A DNA stretch of 64,000 nucleotides from Neodothiora populina (Eukaryota): positions 248,001 through 312,000 of the forward strand of contig NW_027191411.1 in assembly GCF_041146345.1 (NCBI RefSeq), in the 5' to 3' direction. The position numbers and the translations under genes were made by a program. Each line of letters starts with the position of its first letter. Position 1 is the stretch's first letter. The notes beneath the pieces were generated by a model. That model did no database searches and was not told the origin of the DNA. It saw only the letters and a list, made by a program, of their open reading frames with translations. Of this stretch, positions 24,701 to 36,342 are shown piece by piece.

Positions 24701-24885
24701 TCCCGGATGATGTCAGCAGTGTCGTTGGCCCGGCAGCATTGAGCTTCATGTATGACTGCTTTACCATAGACGCCGGCGAGCGTCCCACGGCAGAGACGTT
24801 GTTACGTGCTCCATTCTGCTTCTCGGACCCGCACTACAATTTCCTCGACACAAATTTATATGCCAAGATCAGGAATCATTTCTAG
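18778..24885 (+). CDS. BCK1: MAP kinase kinase kinase of the cell-wall-integrity pathway (Bck1/Mkh1)
   Basis: 2035-aa ORF with a C-terminal STE11-family kinase (WMKGQLIGKGTFGRVY, HRDLKADN, DFG, GSVFWMAPE). Bck1 signatures WANRPPPEALVEHLDDFFP and RRKSTKMFG. SAM-like segment and Pro/Gln-rich N-terminus. Confidence 0.93.
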   Translation: MPPSRHRAGSSASEAAENTRHASAPSPLLRGQNYSHSHNLTVPSNGLVLQDVPTYGESRELLRPSAISQSPYPQSGGSTSSPYTSPRSRANTFTDGNIAAQQQQHQQHQQDSFGRRGTPSTPSAFMAPQYPNSGQRHVSATAAEQAARSGYMPPPPPPMTNPNAQGMPFPPPPPRPATGLSQSHGMMVPPPPGSNQWQNWPRQGNHYSPVPASREPRSYDPTVYQQYMNMPPPPADNQPLTSATYIPGGDTFGPGVGIPAFQSSQNGSKSTPPQLPPAYMRNNGQQEFAPNAQGYPYGYDGAVQSTEDNRYYGQYHQPLPPPPPPFQSQTQYYPSHTQLQGPPSYNTQSNASPTPSSGSRNQVFVLPASERQEHNSPAPHLQTFADAQMYANQQQQQQQLQQNQQSQQQQQQQAQQQQQQPPPQLQPVQPQSQQHQQQYHMQNNQQQQQIQQHREHREHRNHNSPNEAPSSPMDSQWTLSIVLDWLAHEGFSEAWQNTFKRLNMHGTRFLDLGRPGAKKNSLVHETILPEVVKEGGVTNESHEKAESRRLRRLVKEIVLTGFPASATATLRPNRRKSEQFLQSAGTDGGVETSPNMTRQELVYGATPTTAGGGEDSPGALGRLMPFGNDHSVASLAQRRYSGQRRSLTLDSLSTLAKAQEVTENARSAYSRAVLGDTDAPGRHSPSVSTEITASAVMANSLPKGYEGSPQHSPALPSARPANSSSQPPSRTPHNRNSSSENLFMVPIHGHRTSVYSNVSSDTNYSKGAPQDRRNNSRPPFPESRNSDQSLTAPTTTPASATPASAREHKGLFSRLRGHARRDRHQSPDGHAADSPTSPANHRGGLFNSALNASDTSLERPASFRHSHTPHSSDMDQSYTASSERTLVPESDRVVTATVPERGRSATRKGDRKFVFVTPDCWNWRLIDITDVENASEMRALICHNLGIPETSDMEIHKTEAGQLEHNEPLDDSLIMAGHKHIANAVGTFKLYVRSPATDAMRKESLAAGFPVSPFGTGSMSLQRPFQEATAQTPLTSSQREHSRDQATPEPPSATPRPINKRPSQNMLKEATSIDEPSSADLSSLPESEQMAIIERHRQDVKRKQEAYLAGRQQKIRQESSRDRGDYSFRGGRVIDFDQPRNSPYDDEPIAPVDLRAPVSQAIGAESIVPLRKPPPVPPQVTSTLLKANSLSKRSKDPPRTSWEIRKEDSWKRDSIPEVVDSSKRKNPPAMVTGIGAALVGAGRMGSLVGQPPPALSTPTSGSGIAAKFGSLSSQTTSPVPQRALASVGFGANGNGQSSPGNEGSPRSPFTMSKGNIPFKVPAYDEIADAPSDVNLPERPNLTLQMPTPDHRDLARARAGEEMRSKSPNISPNSERPTTALSRMSSRRSNKMIFDLPHDDVTFTTSSVIPLEEDEDDDSDDGLFAVPLANKKTRSPAKSAEPASSQPASSPAAAVQTSLKSKSSRQNVKFDSTDNDPPPKMSANSTPWSSDLPDPESPEDPRLDRRESFASDLWANRPPPEALVEHLDDFFPNVDLDQTFVEEDENQESGATSPLSGQSRTPLDAKAPAAELSGDRSVTPLSSADEGDTLGSDESTLKRGDTMKSVAHRNMRKSGALGRTKSIREVVKGAYQMPHPSPNVSVSSYSSSRGPSGPQHQPPPPPLLNRISTLKYTGGDIVRRKSTKMFGARIEQIKPQNLRTSKLIQLETIPQDMVSAQQHQQQRQQPQRQPTFKWMKGQLIGKGTFGRVYLGMNTTTGELLAVKQVEVNPKHSGADPGKVREMVKALDQEIDTMQHLDHVNIVQYLGCEKKEHSISIFMEYISGGSIGSCLRKHGRFEESVVSSLTRQTLGGLAYLHSEGILHRDLKADNILLDLDGTCKISDFGISKKSRNPYNNDITNSMQGSVFWMAPEVIRAQSQASSNGTDDPSNQGYSAKVDIWSLGCVVLEMFAGRRPWSKEEAIGAIYKLGSLNQAPPIPDDVSSVVGPAALSFMYDCFTIDAGERPTAETLLRAPFCFSDPHYNFLDTNLYAKIRNHF

Positions 24886-25874
24886 AGCAGAAGCACTCTC
24901 CGATTCGTGTGGTCTCGTTTCCGGGGGGTCTCCTCTCGTGGATCAAAATTTTCCTTCCTTCCTGCGTTTTGTATTGTTGTTTGCTTTTCATGATTCGAAT
25001 ACATTCGCCACGCATGACTATTGGTTGCTTCGATGTCCTTTGTTGCGCGGCTGATACCCATTACACTTTTTTTGCACGACGCTTTTTTTGATCCTTCCCC
25101 TGTTGACTCTTGAAACCTCACGTATGACTTGCACTACAGCTTTCCTTGCCTTCCAATGATATATCTCAGACCATGTCCATGCTGCTTACGCTCTTTTCTT
25201 TTCGTCTTCTCGACTCACTTTCGTGTACATATAACCGCTCGACTAGCTTTCTCCTTTACTTTACCAATCAATCTCTTCGGACTTGACCTCTGTCATCGTA
25301 TATTGCGTCTCCTTCTTCTTGCTCTCCCAATGTGGTTCTTGTGCTTCACGACCATGGTTTTAAGGCTAGGATAGATCAGAACATGCTCATGCTGTCTCTT
25401 CTCGATTACTCAATATTATGCTTTCACAGCAGCCAACGAATGCACAACATCCTCTTTGGAAACTAGAAAGTCCAATTGTCTATTGATATGTAGACAGGAA
25501 GATACAATGCTAAAGATGCAAAAGCAGAACAGTGAAAAAGCAGGACCCAGGGACGCAAAAGGTGAGAAAATGATACCAAAACAAGAGAGAGAGAGGATGT
25601 AAAGACAGGATCGGTAGCGCTGAAGCTGGTTCCTGGCTGGCTTGCTGGGTGTGTGACTTGGTTTGATTTGCATTTTCTCTGAACGGAGTACGTAGGAGGG
25701 TATCAAGAGAAGAAAGTAACGAACTCGATGTGCGGTGGATGATGACGACGGGGAATGATACAATGGTTTCTGAGAACAGCAAGGTGGCGATCAGATGTTG
25801 TGTGCGCCGGAGAATGAAAAACCTAGAAATAAAAGACGAAAGACACGAGAATGTGCTTTCTCCATCTGCCACGC

Positions 25875-27631
25875 TTAGAAGTAGAGACCCTTCTGCCACC
25901 AGGCACACCTGGGGTTGGCCTCGGTGTCACGCATGGTGTGGAAGTCGGTGACGTTCAGGACTTGAATGGTGGCGTTGTTTCCGTAGACTGGGAAGTACGG
26001 CACGGGGGTGCTGGTGCTGCTTCCGTTGCCGTTGGGGTTGCCGTACTGCGCGAAGTTGGTGATGTAGGTCTGGAGTCCGTAGGCCAGGTTGGCTTGGCCG
26101 GGAGTGCTGACTGATGACCCTGGCGTACCGCTGCTGTTGCCGCAGTAGTAGGTGTACTCGACGTCCATGGCGTGGAGGGCTGGCGGCGCGGCGAACATGT
26201 ACGCGTGGGTGTTGTTGGAAAAGCCTTTGTTGAGATAGAAGGTGTTGCACGTGAAGCCGATTTCTCCGATGAGAGCGGCAGCACGAGCGACCTGGGTCCT
26301 GTAGCCCTGAGCTTGCGATCCGTCAAAGATTGGTGGGTAGAGGACCTTGGTGATGTGGTCAAGGGCTTTGGGGTAGGAAGACAGCGACGGAAGAGCAGTC
26401 AGGATGAAGTCCTCGAAGGTAGCTTCGTCCTTGACGAGAGGGTCGGTGAATATGATGCCTTCGTCTCCGTTGTGGCCCGCCATGACTTTGACGGACTTGT
26501 CAAAGTGTCCTCGAGCTAGAAGCTGGCCAGGAAGCGCTGGGGCATAGTCGCCGTCTACTACCGGACCGTAGGTGACGCCTCCTATGTAGCTGTTCGCTAC
26601 TTGTTGAAGGTTTGCTCTCTGAAGAGCTTCGAAGGGCAGCTTGCGCGCTTGCTCAATTGTGCTGACATTGGCGTAGTGGAGGAAGTCGTTGAAGATGTTC
26701 TCTTGAGAGACTGAAGATACCATAGGGAACCATGCGGGCGATTGGGCAATAGCTCGAGCGAATGGGGCAGGTCCTTGCTTTCCACCATAGGCCTGATGTG
26801 TCATCAGTATCGGGGTTTTTTACACAACCCTCGGAAAAATAGAAAAGTACTTACTGTAATGTGATGCATGATACTGCCGCCGCCGGCAGATTCGCCAAAG
26901 ACGGTGACTTGGTTTGGATCGCCGCCAAACAGATGGATGTTGTCCTGTACCCACTTCAATGCCAATCTCTGGTCATGCAGACCAGCGTTTGCGGTTCCAT
27001 TTGCTTGCAGAGTCGACCCGCTGAGCCAGCCAAATGCTCCAAGACGGTAGTTGAGGGCGACATAGACCACACCATTGTTGCTGCGTTTTAGAAGACCTGA
27101 AGGGCTTCCCTCTGAGATCTTGGATCCGCCAATGTAGCCACCACCGTAGATCCAGACGAGCACCGGAGCGCCAGCGCTTTTACCGGCATTGTCAAAGATC
27201 GACTGTGGAGCCATCACGTCAAGGAATAAGCAGTCCTCCGAGGTCATGGGGTCTTGTGGAGGTGCCTGGAATGGACCTTTACTCTCAAACAAGGACGAGC
27301 TGAAGTTGGTCGTTCCATTGGCCAAGTATGCTCCGAGCCATTGTCCACTGGCTGTCGCCCACGAAGGCGATGCTTGGGCGCAGATGCGACCCTGGTCGCC
27401 GGTCTGAACTACTGATCGGTTCACCGCAGGAGGTTGAGGCTTCGCAAAGCGGAGTTCTCCCACTGGAGGCGCTGCATACCGAATGTTGGAGAAGTTGTAA
27501 TAGCGTCCCTCAGCTTCGTAGGAGCCTTGGTGTAGCTCATAGCCCAGATCAACGATAGGCAGAGAAGTATTCAGAGCACCAACCGTACAAAGTAAAGCCG
27601 CGAGGGCCGAAAGGGTAGTAAGAGCAACCAT
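25875..27631 (-). CDS. Secreted type-B carboxylesterase/lipase
   Basis: Signal peptide; SEDCLFLDV, WIYGGG, NYRLGAFG and GESAGG (Ser). Intron 26793..26854. NGDEG (Glu) and ALHAMDV (His) complete the triad. Confidence 0.9.
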
Positions 27632-28685
27632 GTTACTCAGAGAATCAAAAAGTAATTACAGTTGGCTTCTCTCTGAATGGCAATGGAGCAGAGAGCATCA
27701 AGGTATTATACTTACAGGCATAGCATTGGGGGAAGACGGGGTGAATGACGACAGGGGCCGGCAGTGCCACCATCTCCCAACAGCGGTACCGGTATGGGAC
27801 CATGACTGCACAGCCAAAGGCGATGGACCTACATTCTAGATGGAGCATGCTTCAGATGTGCGTTTGCAAGCCACTCCAAATCGGGCTTGAAGCTGCGAGA
27901 GCCTGAGCTTACTGAAGGGTATAGGATCTACATGTTTGCCGGATATCGGGTTGAGGGTTTTCCAAGCACACCGTGCTCCAGTCTTGAATCTGTGGAATGT
28001 GGATGCAAATGATGGACACGTCGTCATATGGCAGTTGTTCAAGCGGTAGTGCTGTGGGGGACACTCTGACCTTGGGCTGTGTTTCTGACGTGCGGTGGCG
28101 GCGCCATTCGAGAGCCTTAGGGGGAAGATTGCGTCCACCGAACTCTAGTATCTGACGAAAATCGATGAAGCATAGCACTCAGAGATGATACGTAAGACGT
28201 CTGAGGACATGTCGCTGAAACAGATGCTGTTTGATGGAGAAGGCAGACGAGGGTCTGCATATCCTGGTTATTTGCAGCAGAATCACAATTCACAGCCGTG
28301 CGTGTCTCAGGACGATCATTAAGTAAGCTGTGCGCTATATAGCGGCGTACCACAGGGCGTGAAGTCGGAGATGCACAGATGGCCGATCAAAATCATAAAT
28401 TGTAATTATGGAAGCATTTCTCTCAGTGAAGTCGGAAGATGATCAGAGAGCGGATGTTCTCGGAGATATGTCTCTTGCGTGCATAACAGATAACTCCGAA
28501 TGCTCGTACCACATAATACTTGGTCGTGCTGAGTTCTTGATCTCTGTGCCATGGACGCCATGAGATTCTTATCTCCAAAGTCCGTTCTTATTTTTTGTGA
28601 TAACGACAATTACACGCTGTAAGATCGACAAACTGCTATTAGCATTGATTGCCATCCGCAAAGACAATAAGACGTATTCCGCGCA

Positions 28686-31187
28686 ATGAGCGTCCCAGAT
28701 CACGATACAGAGAAACATGGCCAGAAGCGGAAAAGAGAACACAAAGCACATGCTGGTGAAAATGTGCATATAGGCGACGGAAGGTCTGGTAATAAGAAGT
28801 CTTCAACAACAAATACAGCATCTGCAGAGACACCAAAGGACGAGTCGAAGGCAAGAACAAAGAAGCCAGAGTTCAAGAACCTTCCCAAACGCCAGCGGTC
28901 GACAGATGTGCAGAGGAACAACCCGAAGAAAGCTGCGTTCCTTCCCAATAGATCGCTGGCAGGCAAGAGCAACGCACTTTTGCAGGTGCGGCAGAAACTA
29001 CCAATCTGGCCCAAGGCCTCTGACATTCGGAACAAACTACTCGAGTCAGACGTGCTGGTCCTGACTGCTGAGACGGGTAGTGGTAAATCAACTCAGGTCC
29101 CGCAATTCTTATTGTCTGCGCCATGGTGTACAGGACGTGTGGCAGTCACGCAGCCCAGACGTGTCGCTGCTATCTCCCTGGCAAGGCGTGTGTCGGATGA
29201 GATGGGATCATCACTAGGAAAGAGTCCATACTCCAAAGTTGGATACAGTGTGCGTTTCGACGACAATGTAGGCAGGGACAACAAGATCAAATTCCTCACC
29301 GAGGGAATGCTCCTGCAGGAGATGCTGAGAGATCCAGCTTTGACCGAGTATAGCTGCGTTATTGTCGATGAGGTTCACGAACGGAGTGTCAACGTAGATC
29401 TTACCCTCGGTTTCCTACGAGGTCTAGTTACGGGAACATCAGACGCCTGTAGTAAGCGTAAGGGCAAGCCTCTCAAGGTGGTAATCATGAGTGCCACTGC
29501 AGATACCGAGTCTCTCCTGCACTGGTTCAAGCAAGGCTACCAAGAAGCAAAGTCGGCTCCCATTGCTTCTGCTCCAGACTCCGTCCAGAATAGTGATAAG
29601 AACGCCTCAAATAGTAGCCGCGACGGCGAAGTGCTGGAGGCAAATGATCGAGCCATCAACGAAGATGATGAGAAGATGTTGATCAAGGTCAAAGGCAGAC
29701 AGCATACTGTACAGACCATCTACCTCACACAGCCTACACAAGACATCTTGGAAGCTGCACTTCTTCGGATTTTCGAGATTCATCGCAAGGAACCCATGCC
29801 AGGAGATATATTGGTTTTTCTTACTGGACAGGATGCAGTCACAGATCTGCAAAGGTCTATCGAAGAGACGATACCTGCCATTATCACATTAGACTCCGGA
29901 CTTCCAAAGGTAGGCCTTGTCTGTTCTTCGTTGTCTGAAAGTACATCTGACACTTTTATAGCTACAGGTCCTACCACTGTTTGCCGCACTCCCACAGGCT
30001 CAGCAACAGCTTATCTTCGAAGCTTCACCACCGAACACACGTAAAGTCATCATTGCTACCAATATCGCAGAAACATCCATCACTGTGCCAGGGGTACGTT
30101 TTGTGATCGACAGCGGCAAAGCCAAGATCAAGCGCTATCGTCCAACAATCGGCCTGGATTCGCTCCTGGTCAAGCCCATTACAAAGTCCTCCGCAGAGCA
30201 GCGTAAAGGTCGTGCTGGTCGAGAGGCTGCTGGTAAATGCTGGCGACTCTACACGAGTAAAGACTTTGAGACGTTTGAGAAGGACACAGAGCCCGAGATC
30301 TTGCGCACCGATCTCAGCTCTGCGCTGCTGACCATGATGGCAAGAGGGATCGACGACGTGGTCGGCTTTCCACTGCTCGCAAAACCGAGCAGAGAAGCAA
30401 TGGGTAGGGCGTTACTGCAATTGTACAAGATCGGCGCTTTGAGCGATGACGGGCACATCAACGAGATGGGACATAAGATCGCGAGACTGCCCTTGACCCC
30501 TGCGCTCGGCAGAGTCATCATAGCTGCTGCAAGTGAGGAGATGGATTGTCTGATGCACGTTATCGATATTGTCTCTTGCTTCAGTGTTGAGAACATTTTC
30601 CTTGAAATAAAAGATGAAGACTCGAGGCCTGAAGTAGGTGAGGCAAGAGCTCGCTTGTCTCGACGACAAGGTGACCACTTGACTATTCTCGCCGCCGTAC
30701 AAGGGTACGCCGCAGAGAATAGCGACCGCAAAGCTTGGGCCAGACAACACATGATATCGCACCGAGCCATGCAGAACGTCATGGTAAGTGACAATACGTA
30801 TCTGGTATTCAATAAATCACTAACGGACTGCTGCAGGACGCGCGCAAGCAAATATGTGCACAATGTGTCCAGGCCAAGCTTCTCTCAAAGACCACACTCG
30901 CCGAGGCCGAAGACAGGGAAATCGTTTCCGAGAACACGGCGAACAACATCCTCAAGTGTTTCCTCAGGGGCTTCTCCAACAACGTCGCCAGACTCGTGCC
31001 GGACGGCAGCTACAGGACCATTCACGGGAACCAGCTCGTCGCCATTCATCCGAGCAGTGGTTTGTTCGGTAAGAAGGTCGAGGCCATCCTTTACAACGAG
31101 TTCGTCTTCACCAATAAATCGTATGCGCGCGGTGTCAGTGCCATCCAACTGAATTGGCTTGACGAGTTGATTTCTTCGGAGGCGTAG
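28686..31187 (+). CDS. DEAH-box ATP-dependent RNA helicase, Prh1/Dhr2 (DHX33) type
   Basis: AETGSGKSTQ, TQPRRVAA, DEVHERS, MSAT, ATNIAETSIT, QRKGRAGR. Introns 29910..29967 and 30784..30836 keep the frame; C-terminal IHPSS OB-fold motif. Confidence 0.88.
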
Positions 31188-31312
31188 TGTAACCAGGAAG
31201 ATGCTTGGCTCCCTTCGAAAGGAGTGATTTCTATGTAGAGCCTTTGTCGTTACAGATACCCAGTATGTATATATGTATTTTCATCTGATCATGGTAGTAC
31301 GCGCACAACTTC

Positions 31313-33408
31313 TCATCTTCTTCTTCCTGCGCCACCAGTGCCTCCTTCGCCACCACCGCGTGTCTCAATAGCAACAACTTCTCCGATACCAGCAGCTTCC
31401 TGTTCGTCCTCCAGTGCCTGAATGTCCTCTCGGCAATCCCACCACTTCTGCTCGGAGCGATTGAATGCACTCTTGCGGATCTCTTTGACAGACCTCTCCG
31501 CAATCTGCGTGTGGTGTTTGTACTTCATCTCCTCGAGGATCAGTTCCTGCCACTGGTTGGATGTGCGAGAGAAGAATTCACGCAACGACTCGAAGGGTCG
31601 CGGGTGGGGTGTCGTGTCCACGGGCCCAGCAGGCTCGTCGGCTTCCTCGCCCAGCTCCACGGCTTCCTTCTCCGCAATATCCTCGGGAGCGGCAACAGAT
31701 GGCGCGACAGACGTGGCGGGCGTGGACGCCGCCGCCTCCTCGTCGTCACTGCCTTCGTCATCGTCCTCGTCCTCGTCTTCTTCGTCGCTGTCTTCGTCGT
31801 CGCTGCCTTGCCAGTCCTCGAGCTCGCGGCGGAATATCTCCTTGACGCCGTCGAGTTTGCCCAGGTCGATGGCGTGCAGCTCGTCGAATGTGAATTCTCG
31901 ATCGCCCTTCTCGAACGTGCCGCCGTAGATGTACAGGACGTCGTCTTGCACAGCCAGCTGCGCGTTGAATCTCGGGTGAGGCATTTCGAACGACGTGGGT
32001 TTTTCCACTTTGGCAAATTTCTCGTCGTCTGAGTCTTTGTCGTCGTCGATGCCTGGGATCATGGCGTTGTCGGCGTCTTCTAGTGAGCCTTTGCCTTCGA
32101 TCAGAGCGAGATTGCGCAGCAGTTCCTCCTCGTCTGCTTTGCCTCTGCCGCGTCTGCTTTTCTCGGCTGCGGCGTTTTGCTTTTTGGGGGGTCCGCGCGG
32201 TTTGCGCAGGACCAGGCCGAAGAATCGATTGCGATCGCTTTTTCAACTTGTCAGTATAGACGATCAAGGCGTTTGCCCGAGTAGGTGACTACGTACATGT
32301 TATAGGCTGACAGCTGGTTGAAGAACTCGCTATCGATGCCTTCTTCATCTTCTTCGACGTCGTGAACGCCGCCAAATGCGATGCCTCTACCTTTGTGATA
32401 CACCATGGTGGCTCCGGCTCTAGCAGGATTTGGTGAGTTGACCGGCTTCTTTCTCTTCTCCCATCGTACTGTAGGTAGTGTGTTAGTTGGTGCCTCTGCC
32501 GGTGGTGGCGTGATACGGAGAAACCATGTATCTTGGTGTACGACCGGTTTCATGATCATGCGAGAAGCTTGTCTGCCACCCTTTGTAGGCTTTCCGGCGG
32601 TCGTGGACGTCTTGACTCGTGAGTAGCCTCCGTATAAAACGGCGCCAGTCTCATGAGGCAGGAAGGAGAAAGAAGATCTCGGGTCCGGTCTACCTGCTGC
32701 TGGCGGAAGAGTAGGTGCGTGCCAGGTGAACGTCTGGCAATCGTAGATATACAGGTCGTTCAGATACTTTGTCTGTTGAGAAGTATCCTGGAATCCTCCG
32801 AACACGATGATATAGCGACCGAAATACACCATTCGGTGCCCACTTCGAGCCGACGGCGCCTGGCCTTTGGCTTCTACCTTGTACCATTCTCTGCTCGATG
32901 GCTCTAGTCTCCAGAAGTCGTTGTAATGGTAAAAAGTGCCCTGCTTGGGCGAGCTGAACTCGCCTCCGAATAAATACAGACCGCCTGTGTTGCCACCACG
33001 GCACATTGCATGACCAGATCGCGGAAGTGGACTATTGGGTGAGGTGACCTTCCGCCATTCATCCGCATGGATCCGATAAATGTACAAATCATTGGAAAAG
33101 GTAGCCAGAGCTCCATTGAAATGTTCACCTCCAAACAGAAAGACCTCTCGTTGATCCGAGGGCGAAGCTATAAAGGTGGACGCACTTCGCGGTGGTGGTG
33201 GCGAAGACGCCGTTTCCGTGATCTTGTCATGCTCAGCCTGCTTCTTCGCATAGTCGGCTAAGATGGCATCCAAGTCCGCATCATCCACGTCGCTGTCTGC
33301 ATCCTGCTTGTTCTTTGATTTCTTCTCTGTCTTCTTGGCGACCTTTTCTTGCTTTGCGGCTTTGCGCAATTTCTTCGCCGCGTCCTTTCCCTTGTCCTTC
33401 TTGGCCAT
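31313..33408 (-). CDS. KEL3: Kelch-repeat protein Kel3/KLHDC4-like with acidic C-terminal region
   Basis: Lys-rich N-terminus MAKKDKGK; kelch repeats (LFGGEH, PLPRSGH, LFGGEFSSP, FGGFQD); intron 32238..32296; C-terminal PHPRPFESLREFF.RT motif. Confidence 0.87.
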
Positions 33409-33664
33409 CCCGCGCGATCCGGAATACCTTGATGGTTCTAGAGTTTGCAAACACTTGCTTGTGAAGCCAGGATGAATGGGGTTTGGGGCACTTTTGTTGT
33501 TCGTGGTATGATTTTGCAAGTTTTATATACTGTATATAACATGTATAAATTATATTGGTATCGATAGCTGTCTCGGCTCTGTGAAATGTGGCAGCCGAGA
33601 AAGTCGGCCAAGACAACGCCGAAAGTCAGCAATGTTGCCTCGTTGATCTCAACGTAAACACATA

Positions 33665-35356
33665 ATGGCGTCTTCAATAAAGGTTGCGGCGGCAAAGATA
33701 GTCGAGCAGAGATCGCATCTCGTAACGGGTATGGAAATCACACGTCTCGCCCCGCATCAAGGGTTCCCCTCAATGGTCAGGATCGTGAGCTACCTGGTTG
33801 ACGATTCGATGCAGGGAAGCTGCGTATCACGGAGCACTTCTTTGACGTGCCCAAAGACTATGCCAGGCCAGATGCTGGGACTATAAGAGTCTTCGCCAGG
33901 AGTGTGCGAAAGCACGAGACCCCTGCTGTTCCAGAGGAGGAAAGAAAGCATTTGCCGTGGATGGTCTACCTCCAGGGTGGACCTGGCATGTCTTGTCGTT
34001 CGCCTAACATGTATCCTTTCACCCAGACTTTCCTGGATCGGGGATATCAAATGCTCTATCTTGATCAGCGTGGCACTGGTCTCAGTACGCCTGTGACGGC
34101 GACAACGCTTGGACTTCGAGGCGAAAACGACGTTCAAGCTAAATACTTGAAGCTGTATCGTGCCGATAATATTGTTCGTGATTGCGAAGCCATCAGACAA
34201 GCATTAACTGCAGATTATCCTCCCGACAAGCAGAAATGGAGTACGATCGGCCAGAGTTTTGGCGGCTTCTGCACAATCTCCTACCTCTCATTCTATCCTG
34301 AGGGACTTCGGGAGTCCTTTATTTTTGGGGGGCTGCAAGCACTCGTCAAGGAGCCTGATGAGGTCTATAGACAGACTTACCAGGTGTTGATCAGGCGTAA
34401 CAAAGCCTATTACGAAAAGTATCCCGAGGATGTGAATCGTGTCAAGACCATCGTCAAGTATCTTCAACGCTTTGGCGATGGCACTATCAAACTACCGTCG
34501 GAGGACAATTTGACAGTACGCCGATTCCAGCAGTTGGGCATGCATTTGGGAATGCATGGTATGTGTCATCCTATGTCTTGTACAATCAGACCTCGAGCTA
34601 ACCCTCCACAGGCGGCATAGACACCGTGCACGGTAATGCCATCAGCTCAGTCAATCGAAAGAAGCTACAGGAACTGACATTGCGGACTTATAGAAATCGT
34701 TCTTGGCGCTGCATATGACATTGAGCAATTCGGACACATCACCAGAGGCTCCCTGACTGCCATTGATCGTGCCGGCGGTTTCAACGAGCACATGATCTAC
34801 TCGATTCTCCACGAGCCAATCTACTGCGAAGGGTAAGCGCCTTCCAAAACCACGAGTACCTACCTCGTAGCTGACTTTATCGCGAAACAGGAAAGCAGCA
34901 AACTGGTCCGCAGAGCGCGTCCGCGACGAATTCGCCGAGTTCGACGCCGACCGAGAGGAGCCCGTCTTCTTCACAGGCGAAATGGTAAGACTTATTTCCA
35001 ATCATCCGGAACAACATCAAGTTCCCACGCCCTGACACCAACAGATCTACCCCTGGATGTTCGAAGACTACAGCGAGCTGCGCAAAGTGCAGAAAGTCGC
35101 CAACATGGTGGCCGAGGACTCGGACTGGCCTGCACTGTTCGACGAGGCGCAGCTGGCCAGGAACGAAGTGCCCGTGTACGCGGCGGCGTATGTCGAGGAT
35201 ATGTACGTGCCTTATGACATGTCTGTTCAGACGGCGGCGAAGATCAAGGGGTGCAAGATGTTCAGTACGAATGTCATGTATCACAATGCCGTCAGTCAGA
35301 GGATGGACGAGGTTGTTAGACAGCTGTTTGCGTTGAGAGATGATGTTCTCGATTAA
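33665..35356 (+). CDS. Proline iminopeptidase (prolyl aminopeptidase, peptidase S33)
   Basis: YLQGGPG, LDQRGTGLSTP, RADNIVRDCE.IR, GQSFGGF, FFTGEMIYPWMF, EDMYV, HNA. Five introns, including 33729..33814, 34559..34611 and 34633..34693. Confidence 0.9.
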
Positions 35357-35568
35357 GTGATTTCCATTGCGAAATAGGCTAGATAACAAAATTATAGACG
35401 GCGAGGTTCGGGAAGAGTTCGGAAGAGCACCGAGACGATCCATGTTTAATCATGAAGGCCAAGTCCGGCACGAGATCGCAACTTGCGGTGTAACACGCCC
35501 AACCAAACTCCAGCACATGCCTCGAACTCTTATCAACCCGGACTTGCAACAACTCTTCCACTCAATGA

Positions 35569-36342
35569 TCAGCATGTAATACCCTGCTCTCTTGCGACTC
35601 TATAAATCTCCTTCACAATCCTATCCACATCCGTCTTCTTCAGCGGCACTCTATGACCGCCGTCCCATTCGACGAGTGTGACGCTTGCGGGATCACAGTA
35701 CTGCTCCATCAGCCTCCTATGCAGGTGTATTCCCGGATCGGCCGAACCATGAACATGTATTGTAGGTAGACGCAGAATATGCTCGTTGGGCCTCTCGTAC
35801 CAGAACCCCTCGCTGATGGCTCCAGCAGGCAGTACGGCTTTCCCGACCGAATACTCGGAGAAGCTTATCAAAGGCTGTCTTCCCGCCAGCAACACAGCGA
35901 ATTGATAGTCTGTCTCGCTCGTGCCCGTCTTCTCCAGACGCACCTGCTGATCGTACAGCAGACTCGCCGCCAACTTGGCACCTTGTGAGAAACCCAGTAA
36001 CCCCACCCAAGGTCCGGTGCCTTTGTCCTCTCTCTTGCATGTGTCTATAGCGTATAGCACTTCTTCTATGGCGCTCTCATCGTCTATCTCGGCGTGCTCG
36101 CCGGGTATCCACCGTAGCCAGCGTCTGAAAGGTCCGTATTCTTCGTATACCGGTACGATTCCAGGGCCTGGATTGCAGTAGAACGGGCCATCCGCGAAGA
36201 CAAGGCGAAATGTAGGAAGGGCCTTGATGAGTGCTCGGGACTGGGCCTCGAAGACTTCTGCATTCACACCACCGCCGTGAAGACAGAGAATCCGTGGCAG
36301 TGTGCGGTCTTCGGACGTCGGTAGTGGTGGTGTTGTCACCAT
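35569..36342 (-). CDS. FSH1-family serine hydrolase/esterase (CitA/CtnB/AfoC-like)
   Basis: RILCLHGGGVNAEVF, FRLVFADGPF, GPFRRWLRW, GFSQG (Ser), HVHG.ADPG (Asp) and WDGGHRVP (His). Intronless, 257 aa. Confidence 0.88.
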   Translation of the reverse strand: MVTTPPLPTSEDRTLPRILCLHGGGVNAEVFEAQSRALIKALPTFRLVFADGPFYCNPGPGIVPVYEEYGPFRRWLRWIPGEHAEIDDESAIEEVLYAIDTCKREDKGTGPWVGLLGFSQGAKLAASLLYDQQVRLEKTGTSETDYQFAVLLAGRQPLISFSEYSVGKAVLPAGAISEGFWYERPNEHILRLPTIHVHGSADPGIHLHRRLMEQYCDPASVTLVEWDGGHRVPLKKTDVDRIVKEIYRVAREQGITC

